In this document: in pieces, positions 1 through 13,484 of the stretch
Layout of the letters: each line of letters opens with the position of its first letter
Numbering within the stretch: position 1 is the stretch's first letter
Assembly: GCA_964016885.1 (NCBI GenBank)
Contig: OZ024740.1
Span: 311,674,001 to 311,738,000 of the forward strand
Length of the DNA stretch: 64,000 nucleotides
Direction of reading: 5' to 3'
From: Eledone cirrhosa
Taxonomy: Eukaryota
Notes under the pieces: generated by a model
What the model was told of the DNA's origin: nothing
Database searches by the model: none
Seen by the model: the letters and a program-made list of their open reading frames with translations, nothing else
Made by a program: the position numbers and the translations under genes

Positions 1-140
1 TAGACGGGCTTCCAAACAGTCCTATCTACCCAATTTCACTCACTAGGCTATGGTAAATGACACTTTCCCAAGATGCCACACAGTGGGATCAAACCCAGAA
101 CCTAACATTTACGAAGCGAACTAATTAACCATTTGGCCAT
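1..140 (-). mobile_element. tRNA-derived SINE, 5' part
   Basis: Minus strand reads a tRNA-like head (GGTTCTGGGTTTGATCCC, B-box-like) followed by a GCATCTTGGGAAAGTGTC core-like segment. Confidence 0.5.
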
Positions 141-330
141 GCTGTGTCCACGGGCAAAAACTACAATCTAGTTATCCCCCACCCTACCTGACTTACAACG
201 TTGCTTCCTCATAACATTCTTAATAATACACATTTTCTTATGAAATTTTGTAGCGATACATTTTCGAAAATGTAGAATACGATTATGTTGATAACATTAA
301 GATAATGTATATTGATATATTAATCTAAAA

Positions 331-1052
331 CTATAAAGTTAACAGTCTCTAATACGTAAACGTCTCAATGAAAGAATAAGATATATTGACAAATTATCTA
401 TTCAGAGAAGTAATAAAATATATAAACTTAGCCAAAATCTCATTTTGTGGGGATATAAACTAGATCGGCTAAAAATGTCGGTTTTAACTTATATAATACC
501 CGACTATAGTTTATGGAACTCAAGATACAACATCAGTAATTCCGAGACACTAGAATAACCAATATTGGAAGAATTTAAGTTCCATCATCGGGAGGCGAAT
601 TTTTCTTAGGAATGAGGGGACAAGTTGAAAATATATCATACACCCCATTTTGCTGTAAGATCGCATGTTAAGCAAGATGGTGTATCATTGAATTACTATG
701 AATAAATTCTACCTAAGGGGACAAGTTGAATATATATTGTACATACCATGTCATTAGTAGACCGCATGGTGAGCAACGCTAAATTATTGTATGAATATTT
801 TCTACTTAATGTATTAGGACAATACGACGGGTCTATATTGACACTGGAAATAGCAGCACAAACTGTCTAATTCAACTCAACAATGATGGAGCAGTCAATA
901 TTAACTCTATAAAATTAACAGTCTCTAATACGCAAACATCTCAATGAAAGGATACGATAGATTAATAAATTATCCACTCTGAGAGGTATAAAAATATATT
1001 ACACTTAAGCCAAAATATCATTTTATGGGGATATAAGCCAAATCGGCTAAAA
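331..1052. repeat. Diverged direct repeat of ~145 bp (331-475 and 907-1052), spacing ~577 bp
   Basis: CTATAAA(A)TTAACAGTCTCTAATACG...ATCGGCTAAAAA occurs twice. Confidence 0.75.
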
Positions 1053-1054
1053 AA

Positions 1055-1390
1055 GGCGGCGAATTAGCAGAGTCGTTAGAACGCCGGATAGAATGCTTTA
1101 TGGCAGGCATGTAAAACTGAGGGTCCACCGAGGGCAAGATGGGTCACATATGTGTTGTCTAAGGGCCACACATGACAACTAATTGTGCACATTACAACTA
1201 ATATTTTTATTTTATATTACACTCGCGCTGTAAAAACCTTTGTGCAGGCTGCAGGTGTGCTTGTAAAGGGCCGCATGCCGCCTGCGGGCCGCATGTTTGG
1301 TATGCCTGCTTTATGGTATTCGTTCCGGCTCTCTGCTCTCTGAGTTCAAAACCCGTCAAGGTCAACTTTGCCTTTCATCCTTTCTCATTT
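1055..1390 (+). mobile_element. MetaSINE-type tRNA SINE interrupted by a hAT MITE
   Basis: GGCGGCGAATTAGCAGA head, GAGTTCAAA B box and AACTTTGCCTTTCATCC Meta-domain motif. Confidence 0.75.
1104..1308. mobile_element. hAT-family MITE
   Basis: Imperfect TIRs CAGGCATG.../...TATGCCTG, flanked by a perfect 8-bp TSD CTTTATGG (1096-1103 and 1309-1316). Confidence 0.85.
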
Positions 1391-1588
1391 TCCCTTTCTA
1401 TCTTTCTCTGGAAGAAATCTGCTGTACTCAGTCTTGGAGAGGCATGGGCTCCGCCAAGCTTAAAATATCCAAGAAACGCCGTATGTCAATATGACGTCCC
1501 TACGACTCTATCACATTTATATATATATATATATATATAACATAAGAAACGGAGAAGAATCAGTGGTGCGACGAATAAAATTTATTAG

Positions 1589-1681
1589 ACATATTACAAT
1601 CGTTTCTCTGGCGACCAGCTCGAGGCACGATCGATGCAATGATCAAACCTGACTCTGAAATCGCAAGGTCCTCAGATACGT
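1589..1681 (-). ncRNA. Hammerhead ribozyme motif (type I, long stem II)
   Basis: Minus strand: ACGTAT-CTGAGGA-[~62 nt stem II]-GAAAC-GATT-GTA-ATATGT. It lies in a 155-bp island between (TA)n tracts. Confidence 0.7.
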
Positions 1682-1692
1682 ATCGATTCTTC

Positions 1693-1768
<76 letters not shown>

Positions 1769-2510
1769 CACACACACACACACATATATATACACATACA
1801 TATATATATATAGAGAGAGACACACACAAACATATATACACACACACACACATACACACATACACACACACACCTACACACACACATATATATATATATA
1901 TGTATAAATGTATATTGTATGCAAATGAGAAAGTTGTAAAGGTAATATTACAATCCAAATAAAAAATCTGACATTGGTTTGACTGATTGATATTTTTCAT
2001 TATGAAATTGGAAGGCATGATGAACAAATTTCCGAGGTTGGGTTTAGCCTACTGCAAATACAAATTGTAAGTATTAAAAAAAAAATGAAAGTATTAACGA
2101 ACGGAAGTATGAAATATTTAAAGTATTTTTGTAAATCCTAATCCGCACCTTCGAAAGCGTGTTTGCTCGCCCGAAACACTTCTTTCATGAACAACTCTAT
2201 ACTGTATCGTCCTGTGTCGTCCTTAATGTGGATTTGTAGTATCGGTAGAGCGTCGGACGAAATGCTTTGCGGCATATAGTTACGGTTCTTTACGTCCTGA
2301 GCTTATTTTCATCTCAGTATCGGTTGAATAAATATCTGCGATGTGAGACTAATGAATCTAAAAACAACTGTCTGGTATTCTCAACAGCAACTGAGATATG
2401 TGACAGGTTCACAGTGTAAAAGAGAAAAATAATTTTTTCATAACGAAAAAAAAAATTTTTCTTTGATAGCGAAGCACTTATGTGTTTATTGTACATAAAC
2501 ATATTGTATA

Positions 2511-3000
2511 CTAGCAGATTTACCCGACGTTGCCCGGGGTTTGAAATTATGCTAAGAATGTACAGATAGGAAGTAAATTGAAGGGAAAATCCCATAAGGA
2601 TTTAGTTTTTATGGGTTTGCTGACACAGGCATGTGACTTAGAAGAAAATCAATGCTCGCTTAAGAGCCTTGTAGTGCAGAGAATAAACACCTCCAATTTT
2701 GTCATGAGTGACAAAAAAAATGTGCAAGCTACAGCTGAAAAGTTGTAGGTCCCAACAGTTTGAATGGAAAGTCCCATAAGGATTTTGTTTTAATTGATTT
2801 CTACCTTACATCAAGCACTTTAGAAAAAATAATTTTGCTATCGATTTTTTATTGCTCAACGTGGGTCGATGTGACCATCTTAGCGACAGGTGCAACGTGC
2901 ACAGAAAATTTGGTCAAAATCGGTTGGGAATTGTAAAAGCCTTAGCTGTCCAAAGTTGTCTACAGACACACACACACACCCTCGCTTTTATATATATAGA
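2511..3000 (-). mobile_element. Non-autonomous Helitron
   Basis: Minus strand starts A|TCTATATATATAAAAGC and ends with a CGGGCAACGTCGGG hairpin then CTAG|T. Confidence 0.75.
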
Positions 3001-3056
3001 TATTTTCATATACACCTCTACTATGCTCAACGCTATCTTAATGCTACTGCCGATTA

Positions 3057-3171
<115 letters not shown>

Positions 3172-3279
3172 TATATAAAGAAAAAGAAAATTGATTAGAA
3201 TATTTCGCATTAATTTTGACTAAATAGGATAGTCTAATAATAATAACGGGGTGTATAAGCTTACCGAGCGGAAAAAGAT

Positions 3280-3470
3280 GGGTATCAGCTCACATCACCG
3301 TTCTGACCATAGGTTCCACTCTTTGTATCCTTGGCCCTAGGACCAGCTCCCTACTCACCACCATCGGCACGGAGTTAGCTACTCACGAGCTAGAATGGCT
3401 CTTCCAACGCGTCTCCCTCACCATCCTCCGGGAAAACGTCTTCTCTATTTTGTCCATTGGGATCAGCGTG
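3280..3470 (+). pseudogene. CRE-clade non-LTR retrotransposon, 3' fragment
   Basis: Encodes LEWLFQRVSLTILR, homologous to the fragment at 10942-11142. Confidence 0.55.
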
Positions 3471-3583
3471 TGGCCCCCTTTTGCCTTTAATAGTGAGAGA
3501 TGGGGAGAGTGAGAGAGATGGAGGCAGTGAATATAAAATATATGACATTATCCTGATTGATATTATTACATGACATGTAGAAA

Positions 3584-3750
3584 GGCGGTAGATTGACAGT
3601 ATCGGTAGAGGGCCGGACGCCATGCTTTGCAGCATAGAGTTACAGTCCCTTACGGTGTAAGTTCAAATGTAACTTTGCATTTTATCTTTACGGGGTCGAT
3701 AAAATAAAGCACCAGTAATGCACCTTGTGCCAAAAGTAGAAACAATTATT
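3584..3750 (+). mobile_element. MetaSINE-type SINE
   Basis: Same head and GGGGTCGATAAAATAAAG motif as the other copies. Confidence 0.75.
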
Positions 3751-5070
3751 ATATGACATGTAGGCATTCCATTAAACTCCCATCATAGGAACTACAATAT
3801 CTCAGCAAAGATCACTTCAACTAAGTACAATACACAGAGTTTCACAGCAAGGCAAAGAAAATTGATGACTGCGGTAAAAAACAAACAAACCAACAAAACT
3901 GTTGGCGTTTTCAGCTCGCGGACATATTTTGAGCAGCACTCATAAAATCTTCCTTTCATTTCATCTAATTTTCAGCTTAAATGCTCTCAGTATTTATGAT
4001 TTTGCAAAGAACGTAGGAGTCAATAAAGATCAACATTAGATCGACAAAAATCTAAAAAGTTCAATGTAATATTTACAAAAAGTCACTTTAACCGACATAG
4101 GTTAAGGGTCTCATATACAGAGTTTATCCAAATATTGTGTTCACGCACGATCATTTACATTCAGTAGTCTTTATTCACCAAGAGATCGAATTATCTTGGA
4201 AACTAATCGGCACCTGAATATATAAAACAAGCGCAAAAAAGAAAAAAAAATATATACACCAATATTAATATATCAATGTCTTATCCTATAGCACACAGTG
4301 CCCTTAGCAATGGTTTCGAACCCCGTTAATATCTCACCGAAACGCAATTGCCTTATAAGCAGGGTAGGATTCTTTCACCACGTTTGATCCTGTAATTCCA
4401 TTTGCTGTGTCATATCAATCACAGGTTTTATAGAAGTTAGCTACATACTTGCCTCTCAGCAAAAAAGGTATGTTAGCATTATTTCACTAACTTCAGTATC
4501 ATATCCAATACAAACAGTATCGCCTTTCAAGTAATTCAAAAACGTTTTTTATAAAGCTTCAATAAAGGACTTTGATGCTGAAGTTTTATAAGCGTAGTCT
4601 GTAATGTTATATTGGAGCCATTTAATATAGTATTTCTAAATAAAATTGCTCTTCTGTAAACTTTTATCTTGATAACCCCCTACTCGCCATCACTGTTAGG
4701 ATAATAGATTAACAAGAAGCATCTCATAGAAGTTTTGACAGCATGTTGCCATATCACATCTATCTTTTGCCTTTTTTCAATAGCTGTTTTATTCAGTAGA
4801 AAAAAAGATCGCATAAAAGTTGAAATTTAGAGTAAACTTACTGCTCAGTTTATATGAATATATTTTTTTAAAGAAAACATATTTTCCCGAAGAAGGCAAT
4901 GGGCTATCAAAAAATCCAAATTAGCAGGTCAAAAGGAAAATGTCGGAATCTTTCGCCGTATTCTTAATAGAGGTTGTTGAATACATCACTCGCACTGAGG
5001 ACGTTTTGGTGATTACGATATCCAATACAATTTTGTGTACGTCTTTTTCTCCCAGGTCGCTAAGAGTGAA

Positions 5071-5200
5071 TCTATATTATAAAAGAAAAGCTGTTTCTCC
5101 GTCTGTCTGTCCGTCGCACTTATATGTATATAGAAAACGAGGAGGCAACCCTTTTTCTAAGTTGAGAGGAGAAGGGTGATAACTAATGTCATTCTTATAG
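5071..5200 (+). mobile_element. Helitron-like 5' end
   Basis: A|TCTATATTATAAAAG followed by (GTCT)n. The 3' end was not located. Confidence 0.4.
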
Positions 5201-5741
5201 TTTGTTGCAAGGTTAAGAATCTATAAAGGCTAGAAGTAATAAGGAAGTGTTGTTTGCAGTATAAGCAGAATCTACAGTGCTGTCATCTGGTGGTTACAGT
5301 GGTCTCTTACATTGCATTAAGTGAAATTGTCGGTGCACACTCTCTGCTGCAACTGAACTTTGGTGTGTGTTATTGGAGCCGAAAATGTCTCTAACACAAT
5401 ATCATTACGAGTAAACATTATAGTTAGAGTCGTTTAGTAAGTTTAATAACTTGGCAGTATTTGTACAGAAACTATAAAACGTTGTTTATATGTGAAGTGA
5501 AAATAAAATCTGTAGTGTAAAAAACTTTTATCATTTTTAATAAACAATGAAAACTTGAAGAACCATTTAAAGTTACTAGATTAGTTTATTATTTATTTTA
5601 AAAAAGTATTAATAAAACTTTTGGTCCAGGAAAACTATTTTATTATTATTATATTTGCTAAGGACAAACACTTTGTCTTTTTGTCCTAGAACATTGTTTA
5701 ATGTTAAATAAGTATATACTTTGGAGTGCAAAAGTGTAACA

Positions 5742-6185
5742 CAATGGTTTCTAATTTTGGCAAAAGGATAGTAATTTGGGGGAGGAGTAAGTCGATTAGA
5801 TTTACCCTAGTACTTAACTGGTACTTTATTTTATCGTCCCCTGTGAGAATGAAAGGCACTGTTGATCTCGGCGGGATTTGAACTTAGAACGTAAAGAGCC
5901 AGAACAAATACTGCTGAGTATTTCGTTCGACGCACCCACAATTCGCCACCCTAAAAGTACAACAGATAATGGTTTCTGATTTAGACACAAGACCAACAAT
6001 TGGGAGGAAAGGGAAAGTCAATTAAATCAACCCCAGTGTATTACTGGTACTTTATTTTACCGACCCCGTAAGAATGAAAGGCAAAGATAACCTCGGCGGG
6101 ACTGGAACTCAGAACGTAAAGGGATGTAACTCTATGTTGCAAATTATGCTGTCCGACGCTCTAGTTAGACTGCCGGTCCACCGTC
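5742..6185 (-). mobile_element. Two tandem MetaSINE-type SINEs (5742-5951, 5967-6185)
   Basis: Reverse complement of the Meta-domain (GAATGAAAGGCA..., CTCGGCGGGA) occurs twice. Confidence 0.75.
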
Positions 6186-6399
6186 CAAAAAGTAGAACAA
6201 CATAATAAAAGATAATGAAAAATAAAACTCTGGATACTTTTCTTGTCTTATTGCCTGTTGTCTTATGAAAGTAAGGTCAAGACAAAATATTCTCTAAAAA
6301 ATGAAATTAATAAAAAAAACAATAAAGAAAGTATTCAATAATGGTAGTAAAATAAATTATAGATAATAGAATGCCTTCTGGATACTATAAGCATCTAAT

Positions 6400-6560
6400 A
6401 TGATGAATCGCTGAAGAATTGTATTAAAAAAGGGGTAAACAAGACATTGGTACTGTTCGCACGCAATTAGAAATTCTATTTGAGTATATGTGGCGTCATG
6501 CCTTTCCTAATGATAGATTTGGACATATATTTAACGATAGGAGATCCTTTTATCAATTGC
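6400..6560 (+). pseudogene. Possible Merlin/IS1595-like transposase C-terminal remnant
   Basis: One frame reads LFEYMWRHAFPNDRFGHIFND, resembling the E(F/Y)xWR motif. The match is short. Confidence 0.3.
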
Positions 6561-6776
6561 TTTTTCTTTTGACAAAGGAAACCATTTTCACTTTTCGATT
6601 TACTTTTAAATGGCACTTTTTTATTCTCTTTGAAATATAAGACACGAACACATACAATGACAAGCAGAATAGTATCATAGAAGGTTAGTTGGAATTATAA
6701 TGAACACTGGCTTTATGGGCCTCATTTATAGATTGGCCCTAGGGATGATGAACCAATATTATGTATCAGACATATA

Positions 6777-6970
6777 GGGCGGTGTATTGGCAGTATCGGC
6801 AGAGGGTCGGACGCCATGCTTTGAAGCATAGAGTTACGTCCCTTTATGATCTGAGTTCAAATCCCGCCGAGGTTAACTTTGCCTTTCATCCTGACGGGGT
6901 CGATAAAATAAAGTACCAGTAATGTACTGGGATAATTGCTGGCCTTATGCCTAAAATAGATACAATTATG
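6777..6970 (+). mobile_element. MetaSINE-type SINE
   Basis: Full head, B box GAGTTCAAATCCCGCC and Meta-domain. Confidence 0.8.
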
Positions 6971-7064
6971 TATCAGACATATATATTCTGGCACAAAAAC
7001 ATCGTTAGAGGAACGTACATAGACAAGTACTGACACTATTGAACAACATCCACACCTTCACGTA

Positions 7065-7072
7065 TACACAGA

Positions 7073-7111
<39 letters not shown>

Positions 7112-7880
7112 GCAAACCGCACACACACAAACCATACACACACACACACACACACAAACCACACACAAGCAAACCGCACACACACAAACCACACACACAC
7201 AAACCATTCACACACGAACCATACACACACAAACCACACACACACAAACCATGCACACACAAACCATACATACACACAAACCATACACACACAAACCATA
7301 CATACACACAAACCATACATACACACAAACCATGCACACACAAACCATACATACACACAAACCATACACACACAAACCATACATACACACAAACCATACA
7401 TACACACAAACCATGCACACACAAACCATACATACACACAAACCATGCACACACAAACCATACATACACACAAACCATACACACACAAACCATACATACA
7501 CACAAACCATACATACACATAAACCACACCCCCACCCCCACTAACACACACAAACACACGCAAACCACACACACACAAACCAAATACACACAAACCACAC
7601 ACACACACACACACACAAACCACACACACAAACCACACGCACACGCACACAAACACACGCAAACCACACACACACACATACCACACACACACACACACAC
7701 ACACAAACCACACACATACACACATACACACACACACACATACACACACACGCTCACACACACGCGCCCACACACATACACACACACGCTCACACACATG
7801 CTCTCTCTCACAAACACACACACAGACACAAACCATACACACACACGCACACATGCTCTCTCTCACACACACACACAGGG
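7065..7880. repeat. (CA)n-derived minisatellite (AAACCATACATACACAC-like units)
   Basis: Direct reading. It accounts for the HT/VC-repeat ORFs. Confidence 0.95.
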
Positions 7881-8254
7881 ACATACAGACATTGACTCTC
7901 ACAAACACAATTGAATGAATTATTATTGTTATATAGAACTGTGAAATAAAATAATTAGGATCTGAAGACAAAAGATCTAATCTACAGACAATAACAACAA
8001 CAACATCAACAATGAAATTAATAAATAGAAAAAGATGACACCCCCTCCCGCATTCCACACTTATATACTAAACAGGACTGAATAGAAAAGAATGAATATT
8101 TGTTGAAATACATCGCAGAATCGTACTTTAATTCTTCAAACTAAACTTTCACATCTCCATGGAAGAGATTAAGTATTCCGAGATTTAGAATTTAATCGAC
8201 TTTCCCCTACCCCAAGATTGCTGACCTTGTGTCTAAGGTAGAAATAATTATTAT

Positions 8255-8642
8255 TGGCAGTATCAGTAGAGCGTTAGACGCCATGCTTTGCAGCATAGTT
8301 ACGACCCTTTGCGTTGTGAGTTCAAATACCGCCGAGGTTAACTTTGCCTTTCATCCTTACGGAGTCGATAAAATAAAGTATCAGTAATGGACTGGGTAAT
8401 TGCTGGCCTTGTGCCCAAAGTAGAAACAATTATTATTATTTCTTTAAGGGCGGTGGATTGGCAGTTTCGGTAGAGCTTCGAACAACCTGCTTTGCAGCAT
8501 AGAGTTATGGCCCTTTACGATTTGAGTTCAAATCCCGCCGAGGTTAACTTTGCCCTTCATCCTTACGGGATCGATAAAATAAAGTACCAGTAATGCACTG
8601 GGATAATTGCTGGCCTTGTGCCAAATGTAGAAACAATTATTA
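8255..8642 (+). mobile_element. Two tandem MetaSINE-type SINEs (8255-8435, 8448-8642)
   Basis: Repeated head and Meta-domain with (ATT)n tails. Confidence 0.8.
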
Positions 8643-9446
8643 TTTCTTTATTGGCCACTAGGGCCGAAACGGAGAGGACAAACAAAAAACAGGGACAGTG
8701 ATGATTTACATAGATGCGGGTAAACAGCAGGAAAACTAGTAACAATAAACAATAAAATAAATAGCAACAGAATTCCTTAATAGAGGGAGCATCAACCAAG
8801 GGTAGTTCAGGAACGCCACAGATCCGGAACCACCATAATCACCAAGAGCACTATCAGAAGGTTCCCCTTTCCTTTCCACCTGAAACTCTCCTGTCTACAG
8901 GCACATGGTCAAAGTAGGCTCAATCCCTCGGGCCATATTCGCTACATTCACCCTTTAAGAAATTTATTGGGTGGGATTGGAAGGGAGGGGAAGCACTCCC
9001 CTCTCGACCCTCATCTTCCTTCCTAAGTGGAACTTGAAAAAATTGATGATGGCTTAGCTGAAGAAGAAAGTACCCGTCTTCAGTCCTTTCAACCGCATCA
9101 ACCACACAATCTCTTTCGCTACAGCCACCAGACAGAGGAAAACTGTTTGCCCTCCCTGGCCAAAAGAAGGCGGCGAGGCGATCTTCACTATAGACTCGGT
9201 CGATAGCTGGATCCGTCCTACATGCGACAACAGCTGTTCGACATAACTCCACAAGTCAGTAATGCACTGGACGAGTGCGTGCAGAACGGTTTCGTCATTC
9301 TGCGCACATCTCGGGCAAGGCATTGCATCCGAAGCAAGTGTAAATCGTTTGTACATGAAACGCACAAAATGTATCGAAAACGAGAGGCGAACCATTTATT
9401 ACCACCTGATAAATAGTAGCGAAAGACTTCTCCAGTAAGCTTCAGC
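8643..9446 (-). mobile_element. Tx1-clade LINE, degenerate 3' fragment
   Basis: ORF 9054-9395 (CPRCAQNDETVLHALVQC...LWSYVEQLLS) is homologous to the ORF2 C-terminus at ~49070. It has the same AATAAAGAAAT 3' end. Confidence 0.85.
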
Positions 9447-9923
9447 AATAATGGGCCTAGAAAAAGAAAAGATAGAAGGTAAAGAAGAGTTTAAGTGACG
9501 AGTATTTGAAGAGAAAATAGAAGCAGTGGCTAGACAAACATTCCATAGTCAATTTCGAAAACAAACACCTGAACTAAAGATTGAAAGGTTTTGAGATTCG
9601 CTCTCCCGCAGCAATCTAATAAGGTAGACTAAAGAACTGCTGAGCTCAGCCCAAGACTAAGCTTTGAGTACTAAATCAGTGACTAAAGAGGTATATTGTT
9701 TTGGTGAAAGTGTGAAATTAATACAGAATGTGTCACCTAACCAACATCGTGAGCGAGTACAACATACTAGCTCAAAAAGAATATAAAAGAAGATACGAGG
9801 TCTGTATATACCTTCAATGGTAAATGTGCAAAAATTATGGATAACAGGTATCCGATAAGTGGTCCCAGAAAGTGTTTTTGATGACAGAGACAACCCCATT
9901 ATAAGCTGGACATAAAGTTATGG

Positions 9924-10088
9924 AGTTACGGCCCTTTACGTTTTGATTCAAATCACGCCGAGGTTAGCTTTGTCTTTCATCCTTACGGGGTCGATAAAAT
10001 AAAGCACCAGTAACGTACTGGGGTATATTTAATCGACTTTCGCCTCCCCCAAAAATTGCTGGCCTTGTGCCTAAATCAGAAACTATTA
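9924..10088 (+). mobile_element. MetaSINE-type SINE, 5'-truncated
   Basis: Meta-domain and tail are present. Confidence 0.75.
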
Positions 10089-10129
10089 CAAGCTGGAACT
10101 TCACTATTCAAATGAACCACAAACTTGAA

Positions 10130-10430
10130 CACAACGATATTGTATCTCAAACTAGAAAGAAATTGAAAAATAACAAAATATACTGTCGTGAAGATAGAAA
10201 TTGCTAATACCACCTAAAAACATGGCTAATACCACCTAAAAACATTGAGATAATTTCAGTTGTCATTGGAACTTTGGGCTCGATACCACTAAAACTGAGA
10301 AGGTATCTTGAGTAAATAGACTTCAAATTACAAATTACTCTCCTACGAAAGACTGCCCTGTTAGACACTGCACATACACTCAGGTAAGTACTGTCTGTCT
10401 AAGGTCCTTGTGACTCGGCAGACATTAGAA
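10130..10430 (+). pseudogene. R4/Dong-like RLE non-LTR retrotransposon, 3' fragment
   Basis: One frame reads IEIISVVIGTLGSIPLKLRRYLE*...LRKTALLDTAHTLR*VLSV, typical of an R4-clade C-terminus. Confidence 0.55.
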
Positions 10431-10599
10431 GATCTAGTATTTATCACATTTACTGTTCAAATCAACACCACCACCACCTCCACCACCACCACCATCATCA
10501 TCAGCAGCAGCACCAGCACCACCACCACCAACAACAACAACGAAGACAACACAACCACCATCATATCCCTTCTTATCATCATAATCAACAACAACACTG

Positions 10600-10800
10600 A
10601 TCTCTTTATTAGCCACAAAGGTTTGTACATTAAATACAATAAACAATATAAACAGAGGGAGTGGACAGTCAAAGTTATCTAAAAACGAGGGGAAGGGTAA
10701 AAGTATTATAAAATACAGTAATTAACAAAAGATTTGATATAAAACATTTAGTAGGAACTCACTAGTCGAATCAGAACACCGCCATATTTATGCTCACCCA
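10600..10800 (-). mobile_element. Tx1-like 3' UTR fragment
   Basis: Minus strand ends TGTGGCTAATAAAGAGAT, as in the other Tx1 tails. Confidence 0.55.
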
Positions 10801-10924
10801 CCATGTATGATGTATTCGAGGACAAAATTGGACTAGTTATTAATAATTATGATTCACTACCTCCTTACGGACAACTGATGCTGCACACCAGATCCGAACA
10901 CAGAAGAGCCGAACTCCCACTGTC

Positions 10925-11780
10925 ATCGCTCTCCCCCATCTCTATCTATTATGAGCAAATGGGGTCCCGCGTGATGGCCGCCCTACGGTCCCGGCAGACA
11001 AAATGGAGACGGCGTTTCCCCGAAGGATGGTAAGAGAGATGCGCTGGAAGAGCCATTCCATCTCCCGATGCTCACATCTGCGACTAGCCAGTTCAGCGCT
11101 TATGGTGGTGAATAGGGAGGTAGCCCTAGGGCCAAAGGACACCAGAAGTCTCCACTGCTAGGGGCTCGACTGCAAACCTGTCGGAGAGCGACTGATACTT
11201 GGAGAGTTTACCCTCCTCAGCCCAAAGTGCAGCAAAACCTGGGTTAGTCGCAGACTGCACCAGGTTGCGGCTGGAGAATATGTCGCCGCAAGTGGCATCC
11301 TAAATGAGGGGTTTACCACCGCAGAACGGGAAGATGGTCATACCGTCTGGCCTTTTGTTAACCCCTCGGTCCAGCCCCACCCGTCAAGATGGGAGAGAAA
11401 ACCTGCAGTATCTAAGCCATGCTTTATGACCTCGTTGAGGGCGGCATGGCGTGGAAGGCGGTCGGCACTGTAGCGACAGGAAAGTGGGTGGAGGCCGAAA
11501 GAGTTCACGGTGGATCCGCAGCGACATTTGTGTGGCTCGCAGATCCGGAGGCCAATCCACAGGGAAACCCCGATGCGCAGGCTATCATTGTCCAGCTGTG
11601 TACCAGTATAGAAGGAGGGTAAGCCATGGAGCCAGGCGCCGTTGTGGTGTTGTGAGGCCGCGCGAAAACATGCAAGGCAGTGCTGGTCGAGATGGCGCGC
11701 TAGCCTGTCTGAGGTCAGGTTGCACTGGATGTCACGCCAAATACTCTGAGGGGACATGACGCCATCATATATATTCTATA
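10925..11780 (-). pseudogene. CRE-clade non-LTR retrotransposon fragment (zinc finger + RLE)
   Basis: Motifs GAWLHGLP, CRCG..HPLSC, RHAALN and WLFQRISLTILRGNA. The frame is broken. Confidence 0.8.
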
Positions 11781-11967
11781 AGCATTTGTTCAATGGTTTC
11801 ACCAACAAAAGAAGTCACATCTTCTAGACAAAAGTACTTTTCATGTAGTTCCTTTGTTGTCAGAAGTAAAAGTCACCTTGGAGTTCCAGGTAGCAATTCC
11901 CTACTTTTATTGTCTCCTGTCAGAGTAACATTTAGACTGAGTCGAAGAGAATTTAGATTAGTTTTAA

Positions 11968-11990
11968 TGACGATGACGACGACGACGACA

Positions 11991-12021
<31 letters not shown>

Positions 12022-12129
12022 CGACAATGACGACAACGACGACGACGACGATGACGACGACGACGACAATGACGACGACGACGACAATGATAACGACGAC
12101 GACGACGCCGACAATGACAACGACAACGT

Positions 12130-12161
<32 letters not shown>

Positions 12162-12222
12162 ACGACGACGACGCCGACAATGACAACGACGACAACGACG
12201 ACGACAATGACAACGACAACGT

Positions 12223-12253
<31 letters not shown>

Positions 12254-12672
12254 AACGACAATGACGACGACAATGACAACGACGACGACGGCGACGACGC
12301 CGACAATGACAACGTCGACAACGACGACGACAATGACAACGACGACAACGACGACGACGACGACGACAACAACGACGACGATGACAACGGCGACGACGAC
12401 GACGACGACGCCGACAATGACAACGTCGACAACGACGACGACAATGACAACGACGACAACGACGACGACGACGACAACAACGACGACGATGACAACGGCG
12501 ACGACGACGACGACGACGCCGACAATGACAACGACGACAACGGCGACGACAATGACAACGACGACGACGACGACGACGACAACGACAACGACAACGACGA
12601 CGACGATGACAACGGCGACGACGACGACGACGACGACGATGACAACGGCGACGACGACGACGACGACGACGA
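11968..12672. repeat. (ACG/ACA/ATG)n trinucleotide array
   Basis: Direct reading. Confidence 0.95.
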
Positions 12673-12834
12673 CTATAACTTCAGACTTTGCACAATCGTT
12701 TTTTTTGTTGTATTTTTTCTCCTATGGTGTCGGTGATATGATTCATTGAAACCATTGCTCAGCATACCCAACACACTACCATACATACATGTGTCTATTC
12801 ACGAAAACTGACTTTCCCAGACACCATAGCTCGG

Positions 12835-12955
12835 GACTTAGGGTTGAAGATCAGGGATCTAGGGACAGCAATGCAGGACCGAACAGTGTGGAAAGATATT
12901 GTCAAGAGAGTTCCGACCGACTGCCCACAGAGGAGTCGAAGGATGATGATGATGA
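12835..12955 (+). mobile_element. RTE-type LINE 3' end with (GAT)n tail
   Basis: Encodes DLGTAMQDRTVWKDIV followed by GATGATGATGATG. Confidence 0.55.
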
Positions 12956-13484
12956 ACATATGTACACCATCCACCGCATACTCATATATGTCGAAAAAGT
13001 ATCCCACGTGGTGACGTAGGGAGATTAAAATTTGTAGTTTGGAGCAGCATGCGTTTTTTTTGGGGGGGGGGGTTGTGATACGAGACTCCGGTAAAGACAC
13101 TTGTCGAAGATAACACACATTGAGATGGAATCTGCGACGTCATGATTGCAAAGCGAACTTCTTAACCATTCAGCTACGCACTCGTCCGTAAGAACACAAT
13201 TGGAATACTTTTGATCATAGGTCTGTTAAACAACACCAATACTATCTCCACTATGGTGATAATGATGATGGTGATGATTTACTGATGATTTACTGATGAT
13301 TTACTGATGATAGTAATAATTATGATGGCGATGATGATCATCATTATCATTTTCCTCTCTATCGCCATCGCATTAACATGCATTCACCAACACACATTAT
13401 TTCCTTTCGCTACACATGCACCTCACATACTTATACGCTTACAAACACACACGAACCAGCACTAACACGCACAAACAGATATAC

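Noticed and set aside
4300-5060. Possible host exon or decayed coding sequence (also 9480-9900)
   Set aside because: No recognisable domain or intact frame. It would need tblastx or RNA-seq evidence.
6777-6870. tRNA genes at SINE heads
   Set aside because: No complete cloverleaf, and each is followed by a SINE body.
11793-12749. 318-aa Thr-rich, mucin-like ORF
   Set aside because: It is a translation of an (ACG)n microsatellite, with no signal peptide, splice context or non-repetitive domain.
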